Shown: positions 9,501 through 16,827, numbered from the stretch's first letter. The stretch: 24,623 bases of DNA from a virus (IMGVR_UViG_3300017553_000012:1-24623), one strand, 5' to 3'. Notes: generated by a model from the letters alone, not told the origin. Made by a program: numbers and translations.

Positions 9501-9850
9501 GCGTTGAGGGTATCGAGGGTTCGGCGCAGGGTAGCCGCATCCTTCTCGGCAGCCTTCAGCGCAACTTCCAACCCCTTATTGCCGGGCTCCTTGTTCAGTG
9601 CCTCGCGCAGGTCGCCAACATACTTTTCAGCGCGATTCAGCGAGGTCGTGGTGATGTCTACGGCGCGCTGGGTGCTGGTCAGGCTGTTGATCAGGCCGCG
9701 CGCACCCTTAGCGTCGTCCAGGGCCTGGTTGAGCTGGTTAGCCTTGGCGCGCAGCGCCTCCAGCGCCTCGGCGGTTTGCTGGGCAACAGGAGACATCTCG
9801 TCCTTGCCGCGCAGAACGAACTGAATCAGGCGTTGGACTGGATTGGCCAT
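6572..9850 (-). CDS. Tail tape measure protein
   Basis: 1092 aa, Ala/Gln/Leu-rich helical; FAKDTPLQLQEV..GQAWAKQKLQTEEILQLVERGVPVW tape-measure motif; GAGGA RBS. Confidence 0.95.
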   Translation of the reverse strand: MANPVQRLIQFVLRGKDEMSPVAQQTAEALEALRAKANQLNQALDDAKGARGLINSLTSTQRAVDITTTSLNRAEKYVGDLREALNKEPGNKGLEVALKAAEKDAATLRRTLDTLNAKLADQQQAARAAGIDTDKLADEERRLAAEVTRTKEAISQNAKELRDLERDQARAAREAANHVSRVDALRSAMAAGVRQAVGYAAAFVGINAAFDLIGRGIGAVRDGIVSMLKTGDEFEGLQTRLTSLMGSVEKGQEAAAWITKFAKDTPLQLQEVTDAFALLKAYGIDPMDGTFKALEDQSEKLGGGMERLEGIATAVGQAWAKQKLQTEEILQLVERGVPVWDMLSNVTGKNVEQLQELASKGKLGRDVIKALIDEMGRTSGGAAAANMSRLSGLISNLQDTATNFLNRIANAGALDYVKGKLQALADTIAQMDADGRLDKLAKGLSDAFVQGAEWVGDFVKRLGEVDFKALVDNTSTWLSGFRSEIDQMTTRVQLFIAPFRTLFNGLTAGLSLAAAAVTNKLSEMLGAIEAVADKVPSLFGGEKLKASAAQAREVLDGLTAGFKAQVEQDAKDIAAAWDTSAKDTSSAAGEQSQVITEHFENLKASAQDASVQAVQAVTSLQNALDQISTATTAGQLTKLQEEMRKAYQQGALSQQEYANGAGVLNAKLKELQKAAGGAALGVSDLSTGLESLKDVQDAIANARTSADISNIRTALNKLYNDGKIKADEFNRSQKELSEKIAEMKAAGVTGAQGMDAFADSTDKATQSLEEQRKAIGEAMEAERKSVGFAKDDMSDFANFFSGVISSTRAPLAQLSAEALAAFDQLRGLSSAAPQIDTSSLESTTESLQRMREEMGKVDAAASMPGVSGLGKWALSMKADSDRVAVSYLEQKRQLLSLLDGYDAGTITVREFLEEAKAARNGMSLLNDSDLRQLESTIDSAKQRMQQLSEGSRDTLASLREELAGLRGEQEAVDRSKFNSRKQDLQAQLADAQKAGDLNAVQNLMQALTTLQQIQAETDAKRQLADQQARVDAQNAAQAQAPAPASATPAAATPSQPMKTIRLEVRGRSVDVGVDDDGSKLLDVLGLAAMRTS

Positions 9851-9863
9851 GGATATCCTCGGG

Positions 9864-9890
9864 CAAGAAAAAGCCCGCCAGATGGCGGGC
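9864..9890 (-). terminator. Intrinsic terminator between accessory insert and tape measure gene
   Basis: Minus strand GCCCGCCA-TC-TGGCGGGC followed by TTTTTCTT. Confidence 0.85.
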
Positions 9891-9895
9891 CGATA

Positions 9896-10036
9896 TCATT
9901 CAAAATCACGGAAGCCCAAGCGGGCGCTGATCCAGAAGAACAGAGGGATAAACACAAACCACGCCAGCAACAGCAACAGCAGCCAGGTGCCGACATAGAA
10001 CAGCCATTCAGTGCTCAAGGCCGGCACGGTTATCAT
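9896..10036 (-). CDS. Putative small single-pass membrane protein (46 aa from ATG 10036 or 43 aa from GTG 10027)
   Basis: Hydrophobic run WLFYVGTWLLLLLLAWFVFIPLFFWISA then RLGFRDFE; GAGGA 8 nt upstream of the GTG; stop lies 5 nt before the terminator stem. Confidence 0.5.
   Translation of the reverse strand: MITVPALSTEWLFYVGTWLLLLLLAWFVFIPLFFWISARLGFRDFE
10007..10036 (+). promoter_or_regulatory. Candidate sigma70 promoter for the plus-strand accessory gene
   Basis: TTCAGT (10007-10012), 18-nt spacer, TATCAT (10031-10036), ~40 nt upstream of ATG 10074. Confidence 0.4.
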
Positions 10037-10073
10037 CCTCGGCACAACTCGCGAACCGGAGCCAAGGGCGAAG

Positions 10074-10415
10074 ATGAAAAAGAAAAAAACATGGAAGGAA
10101 GAGTACTTGCGCATTCTGCTCAACGGCCCCGCTGATACTGATGATTACCCTCTAGCCGCCGAGCTGCTCGACGAGAAGTTGGCCAAGGGCACCTACCTGC
10201 CCAACCACAGAGCGCCCTCCCAGATCACCAACCTCCAGTGGCGCGGCGTCAATACCAATGGCCGGATATTCGCCGACGAACTCGAAGATAAGATCCGGCG
10301 GAGCAAATGGTGGTACCGGGCCTGGCTGGCTCTGGGCAGCATCTTCTGGTGGTTCCTGGGCTACTGCACCGAATCGATCCTCGATTACGGCAAGGCAGTG
10401 CTCTTCGGCGGATGA
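10074..10415 (+). CDS. Accessory (moron) protein, 113 aa, soluble N-domain plus C-terminal membrane anchor
   Basis: Only credible plus-strand ORF; fills an intergenic gap rather than shadowing a gene; MKKKKTW start after AAGGG; C-terminal WWYRAWLALGSIFWWFLGYC segment. Confidence 0.75.
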   Translation: MKKKKTWKEEYLRILLNGPADTDDYPLAAELLDEKLAKGTYLPNHRAPSQITNLQWRGVNTNGRIFADELEDKIRRSKWWYRAWLALGSIFWWFLGYCTESILDYGKAVLFGG

Positions 10416-10437
10416 GGCCATCCATGGCCAGGCCGAC

Positions 10438-11184
10438 TTAGGCCGCGAGGTCCATCTGCAGGAACTTCGAGATGTCGCCAGCGACGACGGTCGGATCGGC
10501 GAGCAGCTCGATGGGGCCGGTCAGCTTCAGGTAGTCCTGGCCCAGGATGGGCATTTCCTGGAGCAGGCCGAACTTGGCGCGGCGAATGCGCAGCGCGTAG
10601 GGCTCGCCCGACTGCGCGTCGTTCAGGCCGGCAATGAAGATCTCGAACTCCTTTTCCGAGCTGTTGAGCATCTGCACAGCCGAGCTCTTGCGCGGGGTGT
10701 AGTCGATCAGCACGCCGGTCTCGTCGATGGTGGTGCCGGACAGCACCTGGATGCCGTGAGGCGTCAGCAGGTAGTCGGTGCCGGCCACCAGGGGATCGCC
10801 GCCGGCACTCTTGACGGCGACAGTTTTCGTCAGGTCCGGCAGGTACTTGAACGGGATCAGTTCGAAGGCCACACCAGCGGAGGTGTGGGCCTCGCCGGTG
10901 ATCGCCGCAGTGGGCGCCACGGTGATGGTGCCGCGGCTAACCGCTGCCACGTTCTCCGGGGTGAGGTCGTAGAGGCCGATGGAGCCGGTCACGTCAGTGG
11001 GACGGGTGCGCACGTTGCGGTTGCCGCCGCCGCCCATGTAGTTCGGCAGGGCCTTGCGGTCGGTGGCATAACTGACGCTGAAGGTGTCGCAGTTGCCGAA
11101 GGGCAACAGCGCGTCCTGCGAGCCATACAGGCGGGCGAAGGGCTGGCCCTCGCCGATGAAAGAACGATCAATAGGCTGGAGCAT
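10438..11184 (-). CDS. Major tail tube protein
   Basis: 248 aa with GAGGAG RBS; FIGEG..GNC N-terminal motif; between tail terminator and tape measure. Confidence 0.85.
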   Translation of the reverse strand: MLQPIDRSFIGEGQPFARLYGSQDALLPFGNCDTFSVSYATDRKALPNYMGGGGNRNVRTRPTDVTGSIGLYDLTPENVAAVSRGTITVAPTAAITGEAHTSAGVAFELIPFKYLPDLTKTVAVKSAGGDPLVAGTDYLLTPHGIQVLSGTTIDETGVLIDYTPRKSSAVQMLNSSEKEFEIFIAGLNDAQSGEPYALRIRRAKFGLLQEMPILGQDYLKLTGPIELLADPTVVAGDISKFLQMDLAA

Positions 11185-11211
11185 GTAGGTCTCCTCGGGG
11201 GATGCCGGCGC

Positions 11212-11427
11212 TTACTTGGCGCCGCTGGGGTCGGTGGACGGCGCAGGGGCGGGCGCGGCGGACTGGGCGGCGACCTTCTCGGCCTTGGGCTTGGGGGCAA
11301 AGTCGTTGGCCCAGGCGTGTTCGGCGACGGCCTGGGAAACCTCGACGGGCTCGGTGCTCTTGGCGTAGTGCGTCGGCTGGCCCGCTTCGCGATAGATGAA
11401 GGCCTTGTCGATCTTGATCTTGGGCAT
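11212..11427 (-). CDS. Small hypothetical virion-module protein (71 aa, MPKIKIDKAFIY)
   Basis: Strong AGGAGG RBS before ATG 11427; Ala/Pro/Lys-rich tail; longer track start overlaps the upstream gene. Confidence 0.8.
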   Translation of the reverse strand: MPKIKIDKAFIYREAGQPTHYAKSTEPVEVSQAVAEHAWANDFAPKPKAEKVAAQSAAPAPAPSTDPSGAK

Positions 11428-11438
11428 GGCGCCCTCCT

Positions 11439-11467
11439 GAAATGAGAAGGCCGCCCTGAGGCGGCCT
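11439..11467 (-). terminator. Terminator-like or mRNA-stabilising hairpin
   Basis: Minus strand AGGCCGCC-TCAG-GGCGGCCT followed by TCTCATTTC. Confidence 0.6.
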
Positions 11468-11477
11468 GGATGGTCGG

Positions 11478-11915
11478 TTACAGCAACTGGCTGTAGGAGA
11501 AGGTGATGGGGATGACACGATAGGCCCAGCGCCGGCCGGGCTCGGGTAAACGCACAGCGGAAGCTGGGAAGCTGGCCTTGATCAGGCCCTTCACCTCGAT
11601 TCCAGCCTTGAGGCCCTTCAGGGCCCGCTTGATGGCCAGCCGCGCAGTACGCAGTTGGCCTGGCGCGTCGGGACCACGGCACAACGCAACGACATTGACC
11701 GTCCAGTCCTCCACCATCGTGCTGCCCTGGCGGCTCCCTTCGACGGTGTCGCCTTCCTGCAGGACGATCAGTTGGCTGGGCAGTTCCTCATCTTCAGCAT
11801 CGAGGATGCCTGCCACTGAGTCTTCCATGACCTGGCCGCCGAACACCGGCACGCCGGCGAGACGCTCCTGCAACTGGCCCATGATCTCGGCCTGAACATC
11901 GATTACGTCATTCAT
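11478..11915 (-). CDS. Tail terminator protein (lambda gpU-like)
   Basis: 145 aa, ATGA-coupled; size, position and terminal strand VIPITFSY fit tail terminators. Confidence 0.75.
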   Translation of the reverse strand: MNDVIDVQAEIMGQLQERLAGVPVFGGQVMEDSVAGILDAEDEELPSQLIVLQEGDTVEGSRQGSTMVEDWTVNVVALCRGPDAPGQLRTARLAIKRALKGLKAGIEVKGLIKASFPASAVRLPEPGRRWAYRVIPITFSYSQLL

Positions 11916-12226
11916 GCGGGCACCACGTAGAAGGTGATCCAGTCCCCATCGTCGGCATGGATGCCATCGATGGCCCAGGCCTCACCGTCCTCGTCCAGGA
12001 ACGAGCCCTTACGGTCGAGACGGGGCAGTTGGTTCCGCCGCACTTCCATGGTCCGCACCCGTTCCAAGCCGGGGTTGTCGGTGCGCTCCACGCCCTTCTC
12101 GACGATGACTGGCAGGGCTCCGGCCAGCTCCACTCCACTGCGGTCGCGATAGGACGCCAGACCATCGCCGAGCGTCTCGGCAATGGTCCCGTCCATGTCG
12201 TCGACCAGGTCGACGAAGCCGGCCAT
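11912..12226 (-). CDS. Head closure / head-tail joining protein (gpFII-like)
   Basis: 104 aa from ATG 2 nt after capsid stop; AWAIDGIHADDGDWITF C-terminus. Confidence 0.75.
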   Translation of the reverse strand: MAGFVDLVDDMDGTIAETLGDGLASYRDRSGVELAGALPVIVEKGVERTDNPGLERVRTMEVRRNQLPRLDRKGSFLDEDGEAWAIDGIHADDGDWITFYVVPA

Positions 12227-12228
12227 GG

Positions 12229-13227
12229 TCAGATGGTCAGGTGAATAACGGAGCGCGGACGGGTGCACAGGTGCAGCGGGTTGGATTGCACCTCGCCGTC
12301 AACACCTTTACCCATGCGCATGTTTTCCAGCTTGCCGTAGTACGGGAGCCCCAAGGTGTTGACGGTCTCCATGTAGTCAGCGGGCGCGAAGACCGAGATG
12401 AACAGGCCTTCTGCGCCTTCAGCCACCACGTAGGCGCTGTCGTCGTCCACGAACGGCATGTTCGGCAGCTTGCCGCGGTAGCGTTCCCAGGTGATGCCAC
12501 CGAAGTCGAACGCCTTGCGACGGTCACCACGGAGCGCGGACGCCGCTTCACTGGCCAGGTAGGTATCGCGGACCTTGGGGTGGGCGATGAGTTTCTTCCA
12601 GAAATTCCGGCCGCACCAACCGCGAGCGCCCGTACTGGCCAGGCCGTAGAGTTCATCTTCCTGCTGGTCCAGCACTTCCACGCAGCGCACGCTGACGTCG
12701 GTGTCATCGTTATCCAGTTCGAAGGAAATGGGCTCCGGTCGCTCCATTCCGAAGGACTGGAAAATATCGAGCAGCACGCTCTTGCCGTCGGAGTCGATCA
12801 CCTGGCCCTTGATAGCACCGACACGCTGCCATTCATGGGTGGTGTCCAGTTGACGACGTGCCTTCTCCAGGCGGGCATTCACCACGTCCTGTACGCCCTG
12901 CAGTTCAGTGCGGGAACCCACGGCACGAATGCCCTGGATTTCGTCCGCCAGGACCTGGAAGGTCTGCGGCAGGTGGACGTTGTTGAACGGCACCAGGCGA
13001 CGCTTGTCAGCAATCACCGCCTGCCCCCCCGCACCACGCGGCTTGGCCGCGACCAGTTGCAGCGTCATGCCGTCCTTTTCGATCTGCTGGGTAGTGGAGG
13101 CGCTGCCCTGCTCGGTGAACAGGCCGGACGCGGCGATCTGACCGGGGACCGGATGATCCTCGTTCAGAACGAGGATCAGGTTGGGGACGCTGAAAGCCTC
13201 GTCCTCGAAGATGCTGATTTCAGCCAT
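12229..13227 (-). CDS. Major capsid protein, lambda gpE family
   Basis: 332 aa, AGGAG RBS; ADEIQGIRA, FGGITWERYRG, EVQSNPLHLCTRP motifs. Confidence 0.93.
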   Translation of the reverse strand: MAEISIFEDEAFSVPNLILVLNEDHPVPGQIAASGLFTEQGSASTTQQIEKDGMTLQLVAAKPRGAGGQAVIADKRRLVPFNNVHLPQTFQVLADEIQGIRAVGSRTELQGVQDVVNARLEKARRQLDTTHEWQRVGAIKGQVIDSDGKSVLLDIFQSFGMERPEPISFELDNDDTDVSVRCVEVLDQQEDELYGLASTGARGWCGRNFWKKLIAHPKVRDTYLASEAASALRGDRRKAFDFGGITWERYRGKLPNMPFVDDDSAYVVAEGAEGLFISVFAPADYMETVNTLGLPYYGKLENMRMGKGVDGEVQSNPLHLCTRPRSVIHLTI

Positions 13228-13247
13228 GTTGGGCTCCTAGAAATGGC

Positions 13248-13269
13248 GAACCCCGCCGAGGCGGGGTTC
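13248..13269 (-). other. Perfect inverted repeat upstream of capsid gene
   Basis: GAACCCCGCC-GA-GGCGGGGTTC on +; weak U-tract; nearly identical to hairpin at 6144-6163. Confidence 0.75.
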
Positions 13270-13296
13270 ATGATGAGGAAGTGTTGGGTTGGAGGG

Positions 13297-13932
13297 TCAG
13301 GGACGGATAACGATGCCCAGGGCTGCCAGGTCCGCAGCGCCGTTGTCGTCGAGGCCGGTCAGCAGGCGCTCGATCACTTCGGCATCGCGCACCACCGCGG
13401 TGGCTTTCACGTCGACCAGGGTGGCATCCACCGGGGCATAGAGGATGCCGTCAGCGGTACGTCGGCCATCATCGGTACCGTCGTCGTCGTAGGCCGTCCA
13501 CTCACCCAGGCTCGCCTTCACCGCCAAGGTGAACCCGTCACCAACAACGAAGTCGGTGGCGCCGTCGGAAAGAGTGAAGGTGATGCCGCCGCCGGTGAAC
13601 GACTGACCTACCTGGCCCTCGCCCACGAACTGGCCGGACGGATCGGTGAGTTCGAAGGTGCCGCCATTGGCCGCCGCTTCGGTGATGGTCAGCGAGTAGG
13701 TGCCGCTCGCGGCCGCACTGGTGACGGTCACTGCGCCGACAGTGCCATTGCCGGTGTTGCCCGCCTTGGCGGTCGGCGTCAAGGCGTTGGCCGCGGTCAG
13801 CTGGGCGATCAGCGTGCCGGCGTCGAGGCGGCCAGAGCCGGCGGTGATCACCACCACCTCGCGGCTGCGGCTGCCGTTGGCCTCCGAGAGGAGGAACTCA
13901 CCGGAGTGGATGCCTTCGGTTTTGATGGTCAT
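13297..13932 (-). CDS. Head decoration protein (gpD-like) with inserted beta domain
   Basis: GEFLLSEANGSRSRE N-terminus and GILY..VRDAEV..LAALGIVIR C-terminus; between protease and capsid. Confidence 0.88.
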   Translation of the reverse strand: MTIKTEGIHSGEFLLSEANGSRSREVVVITAGSGRLDAGTLIAQLTAANALTPTAKAGNTGNGTVGAVTVTSAAASGTYSLTITEAAANGGTFELTDPSGQFVGEGQVGQSFTGGGITFTLSDGATDFVVGDGFTLAVKASLGEWTAYDDDGTDDGRRTADGILYAPVDATLVDVKATAVVRDAEVIERLLTGLDDNGAADLAALGIVIRP

Positions 13933-15137
13933 TGCTGCGCTCCTTTCGAGGCTTGTTGACGGCGCCGGGCGGCGTACACGTCGTTGGGGTTCAAGGTTTT
14001 GTTGGAGGTCGGCTGCTGCCGCTCATCCAGCGGGATCTTGTTGTCGATCTCCACCCGGCTGCTGAGGGCCACGACCTTGTCGTAGAGCTTCAGCCGAGCG
14101 CCGTCAGCATCCAGGCCAGCCTCGATCAGGGGCTTGGCTTCTTCCGGCAGCTTGGCGACCGCACACACAGCCTTCACCTCCTTCGCGCGCGCCAGGGCGG
14201 CTTGCACCGCCTCGCGGCTTTTCAGGCCAGAGGCCTTGATCAGGTACGGGGCGCAATCGGAAAGCCCGGCCCGGGCGCACTCATCGGCCAGTTCGGCGGC
14301 AAGCGCGGCGGCGTCGGGGCTCTGCTCCGGGACGGCGGGCGGATCTGCCGGCGGATCGGCTGCAGCGGGCTTCGCGCTCGCGAGCAGTTGCCGGGCCGAC
14401 GCCGGGGTGTTGCGGTAGCGGTTGAGCACCTTGCCCAGGCTGGCATTCGCCGCCAACGGCTCTCCCGCCCCCAGGATCTCGTCGACGAAGCCCATGGTCT
14501 TGGCCTCGGCCGCCGTCATCCAGGTTTCGTCGTTGATCAGCCGGCGCAGCTCCGCATCGTCGATGGTCAGCGGCCGGTGCTGGTAGCTGGCCACGATCCC
14601 CTCGAAGGCCTTGTCCATCATCTCGGCCACCTTGCGAAGGTCATCGGCATCACCGGCGGCCAAGGTCCAGGGGTTGTGGATCATGAACAGTGAGTTGTTC
14701 GCCATCTCGACGCGGTGGGCGCCGGAGGCCGCCACGCTGCCGGCACTGAGGCAGGCACCGTCGATCCGCGCAGTGCAGCGCTCACCCAGGCCTCGCAGCG
14801 TGTTGTGGATAGCAATCCCGTCGAAGAGATCGCCGCCGAGGGTGTCGAAGCGCACCAGCACAGGCGACACCCCGTCGTCCGCTGCCTTCAGGTCGCGGAT
14901 GAAGTCGCCCGAGGTCACACCCCAGAAACCGATCTCTCCGTAGATGTAGACCTCGATGGCCTTCTGGCCGCCCTCGCCTTCGTCCTCCCCGAGGGCCTTG
15001 ATGCTGTACCAGTGCTCGGCCTGCAGGTCCGGCGCCCCCTGGGCCTTGTTCAGGATCCGTGGGTTGGCGGACGTGCAGACGCCCAGCGAGCCCAGCGCCA
15101 CAGCGAGCGCCAGGGTCAGGTGGTGTCGCTTCTTCAT
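13929..15137 (-). CDS. ClpP-type head maturation protease with C-terminal scaffold region
   Basis: YIYGEIG, GGDLFDG, CLSAGS (Ser), MIHNP (His), ETWMTAAEA..GFVD motifs; Pro/Ala linker then helical C-terminus. Confidence 0.93.
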   Translation of the reverse strand: MKKRHHLTLALAVALGSLGVCTSANPRILNKAQGAPDLQAEHWYSIKALGEDEGEGGQKAIEVYIYGEIGFWGVTSGDFIRDLKAADDGVSPVLVRFDTLGGDLFDGIAIHNTLRGLGERCTARIDGACLSAGSVAASGAHRVEMANNSLFMIHNPWTLAAGDADDLRKVAEMMDKAFEGIVASYQHRPLTIDDAELRRLINDETWMTAAEAKTMGFVDEILGAGEPLAANASLGKVLNRYRNTPASARQLLASAKPAAADPPADPPAVPEQSPDAAALAAELADECARAGLSDCAPYLIKASGLKSREAVQAALARAKEVKAVCAVAKLPEEAKPLIEAGLDADGARLKLYDKVVALSSRVEIDNKIPLDERQQPTSNKTLNPNDVYAARRRQQASKGAQQ

Positions 15138-16591
15138 GGTTGCTTGTCCCCTTCGTCATCCACCGGGTTCCCGGTGTCGGTGGTGTAGTGAAGCCCCAGG
15201 CGCTCGGCCCGGGCGTTGTCGTCCGCGTTTTCCTGGTCGATCTGCTCGGCGTCGTAGCCGGTGCGCAGCACATGCTCGCTCCGGCTCGCCAGACCGCCGC
15301 CGATCTCCAGCAGCTTGCCCTGCACGTCCTGCACCGGGTGGATGTAGGCCCAGCCCTGGGGGATCCAGCGCGTGCGTAGGTATTCGCGCCGGCGCGCGGT
15401 GTAGCCAGGCAGGGTGATCGCGCCGCTGAGGAACGCCGTGTCCAGCCAGGCCGCACGAACAGGGCGGCAGAGCTGGAAGACGTACACGCTGAACTGCACC
15501 TGCTCGATGCGGCGCCTGAACTCGTTCAGCAGGACGCGGAGCGTGCGGTCGCTGATATCGCCCATGTCCCCCGTCAGCAGTTCGTAGGGCAGGTCCACCC
15601 CGACCGCGGCAGCCATCAGTTGCTGCCGCATGAAGTCGACGTAGTTGTTGCCGGCGTCCGGCGGGGTGGAGAAGGTGACCTCCTCCCCGTCCAGCAACTC
15701 CTGCATGGTGCCGGGCTCAAGCCCCACCATCGGCACGCCGTCCCGGTCGATTTCCGGGGGCTTGCCGGTGGTAGGGTCGAGGACTGGGGGACTGTCCTGC
15801 CGAGGCCGCGTGATGAAGCCAGCGAACAGATTCGCCACCTCCTGCCGGAACAGCACTGCGTCGTCGTAGTTGTCCAACGACTTCAGCCGGAGCAGAACCG
15901 GTGCCAGGCGCGGAACACCACGCAACTGGCCACCTTCCAGCGGCTCGAAGATGTGCAGCACCTGGTCGGCCGGGATGCGGTTCAGCTGGTTGTAGCCGCG
16001 CCGCGAGGCAGTGGGATCTCCAGGGTGGCTCTGCCACATCCAATACGCTACGCGGCGGCCGATGGCATCGAACTCAATGCCAGCCCGCACCACGTTGCCG
16101 GCGCGGGTGGTGAAGTTGCGGTCAACCGGCACGAACTCCGGGGGCAGGATCTGCAGCTGCAGAGGCACCGCCAGGTCATCGGCAGCCCGGCGGTTGCGGA
16201 GCCGCACGAAGCATTCCCCAGCCTCTTCGACCATACGCGCCACAATCATCTGCTGGCCGTAGAAGTCCGTCAGGGCGTCGGCGTCCGATTCATCCACCCA
16301 GTCCTCCCACAGCAGATTTAGCTGTGCTCGCAGGGCTGGGTCCTGCAGCCGCGCGCGCGGCGTGATGCCGGTCCCGATCAGGTTGCTGACGCGCTTGCTG
16401 ATCGCGCTGGACGCGTAGGGATCGTTCCTGACTGCCGCACGCGAGCGATTGCGCAGCGTGGGCAAGGACGGAATCGCTACGGCGTTCAGCCCCGACTCCG
16501 GCGCATCCCACCCAGCTGCGCGGCGCCCAGTGCCGGCGCCCTCGTAGCTGTTGCGGATGCGTTTGGAGGTAACGCGGTATCGGGTAGCCAT
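15134..16591 (-). CDS. Portal protein, lambda family
   Basis: 485 aa; YEGAGTGRR, LRNRSR, GQLRGVPRL, WAYIHPVQD motifs. Confidence 0.95.
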   Translation of the reverse strand: MATRYRVTSKRIRNSYEGAGTGRRAAGWDAPESGLNAVAIPSLPTLRNRSRAAVRNDPYASSAISKRVSNLIGTGITPRARLQDPALRAQLNLLWEDWVDESDADALTDFYGQQMIVARMVEEAGECFVRLRNRRAADDLAVPLQLQILPPEFVPVDRNFTTRAGNVVRAGIEFDAIGRRVAYWMWQSHPGDPTASRRGYNQLNRIPADQVLHIFEPLEGGQLRGVPRLAPVLLRLKSLDNYDDAVLFRQEVANLFAGFITRPRQDSPPVLDPTTGKPPEIDRDGVPMVGLEPGTMQELLDGEEVTFSTPPDAGNNYVDFMRQQLMAAAVGVDLPYELLTGDMGDISDRTLRVLLNEFRRRIEQVQFSVYVFQLCRPVRAAWLDTAFLSGAITLPGYTARRREYLRTRWIPQGWAYIHPVQDVQGKLLEIGGGLASRSEHVLRTGYDAEQIDQENADDNARAERLGLHYTTDTGNPVDDEGDKQP

Positions 16592-16815
16592 CAGATGCCC
16601 TTGCCCCCGCTGTAGAGCCGGATTTGCCGCGGACGGGTGCTGGAGGCGGCTGCCTCGCGGCTCGCGTCTTCGGCGTACTGCGCCTCCAGCACCCGCAGGC
16701 TGGCCAACTGGGCGCGGTCAACCTGGCGGTCACCTTTGCGCACCGACTGGCCCTTATTGAGGATGTCCCTGATCGCCGCCCGGACCTCGTCCAGGCGCTG
16801 CTGTGCAGTGCTCAT
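16591..16815 (-). CDS. Head completion protein (gpW-like)
   Basis: 74 aa between terL and portal; helix-hairpin-helix pattern ILNKGQSVRKGDRQVDRAQLASLR. Confidence 0.8.
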   Translation of the reverse strand: MSTAQQRLDEVRAAIRDILNKGQSVRKGDRQVDRAQLASLRVLEAQYAEDASREAAASSTRPRQIRLYSGGKGI

Positions 16816-16827
16816 GTTGACCTCGAT

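Noticed and set aside
10077-10090. A5-G-A7 tract as frameshift or phase-variation site
   Set aside because: Not in X XXY YYZ phase; explained by Lys-rich start codons
10152-10421. 89-aa minus-strand ORF as tail assembly chaperone
   Set aside because: No well-spaced RBS, antisense to the more protein-like plus-strand ORF, Pro/Gly-rich, no slippery site seen
12241-13959. 572-aa plus-strand ORF (also 4299-5540, 8792-10135, 10258-11445, 19664-20590)
   Set aside because: Antisense shadows of well-supported structural genes
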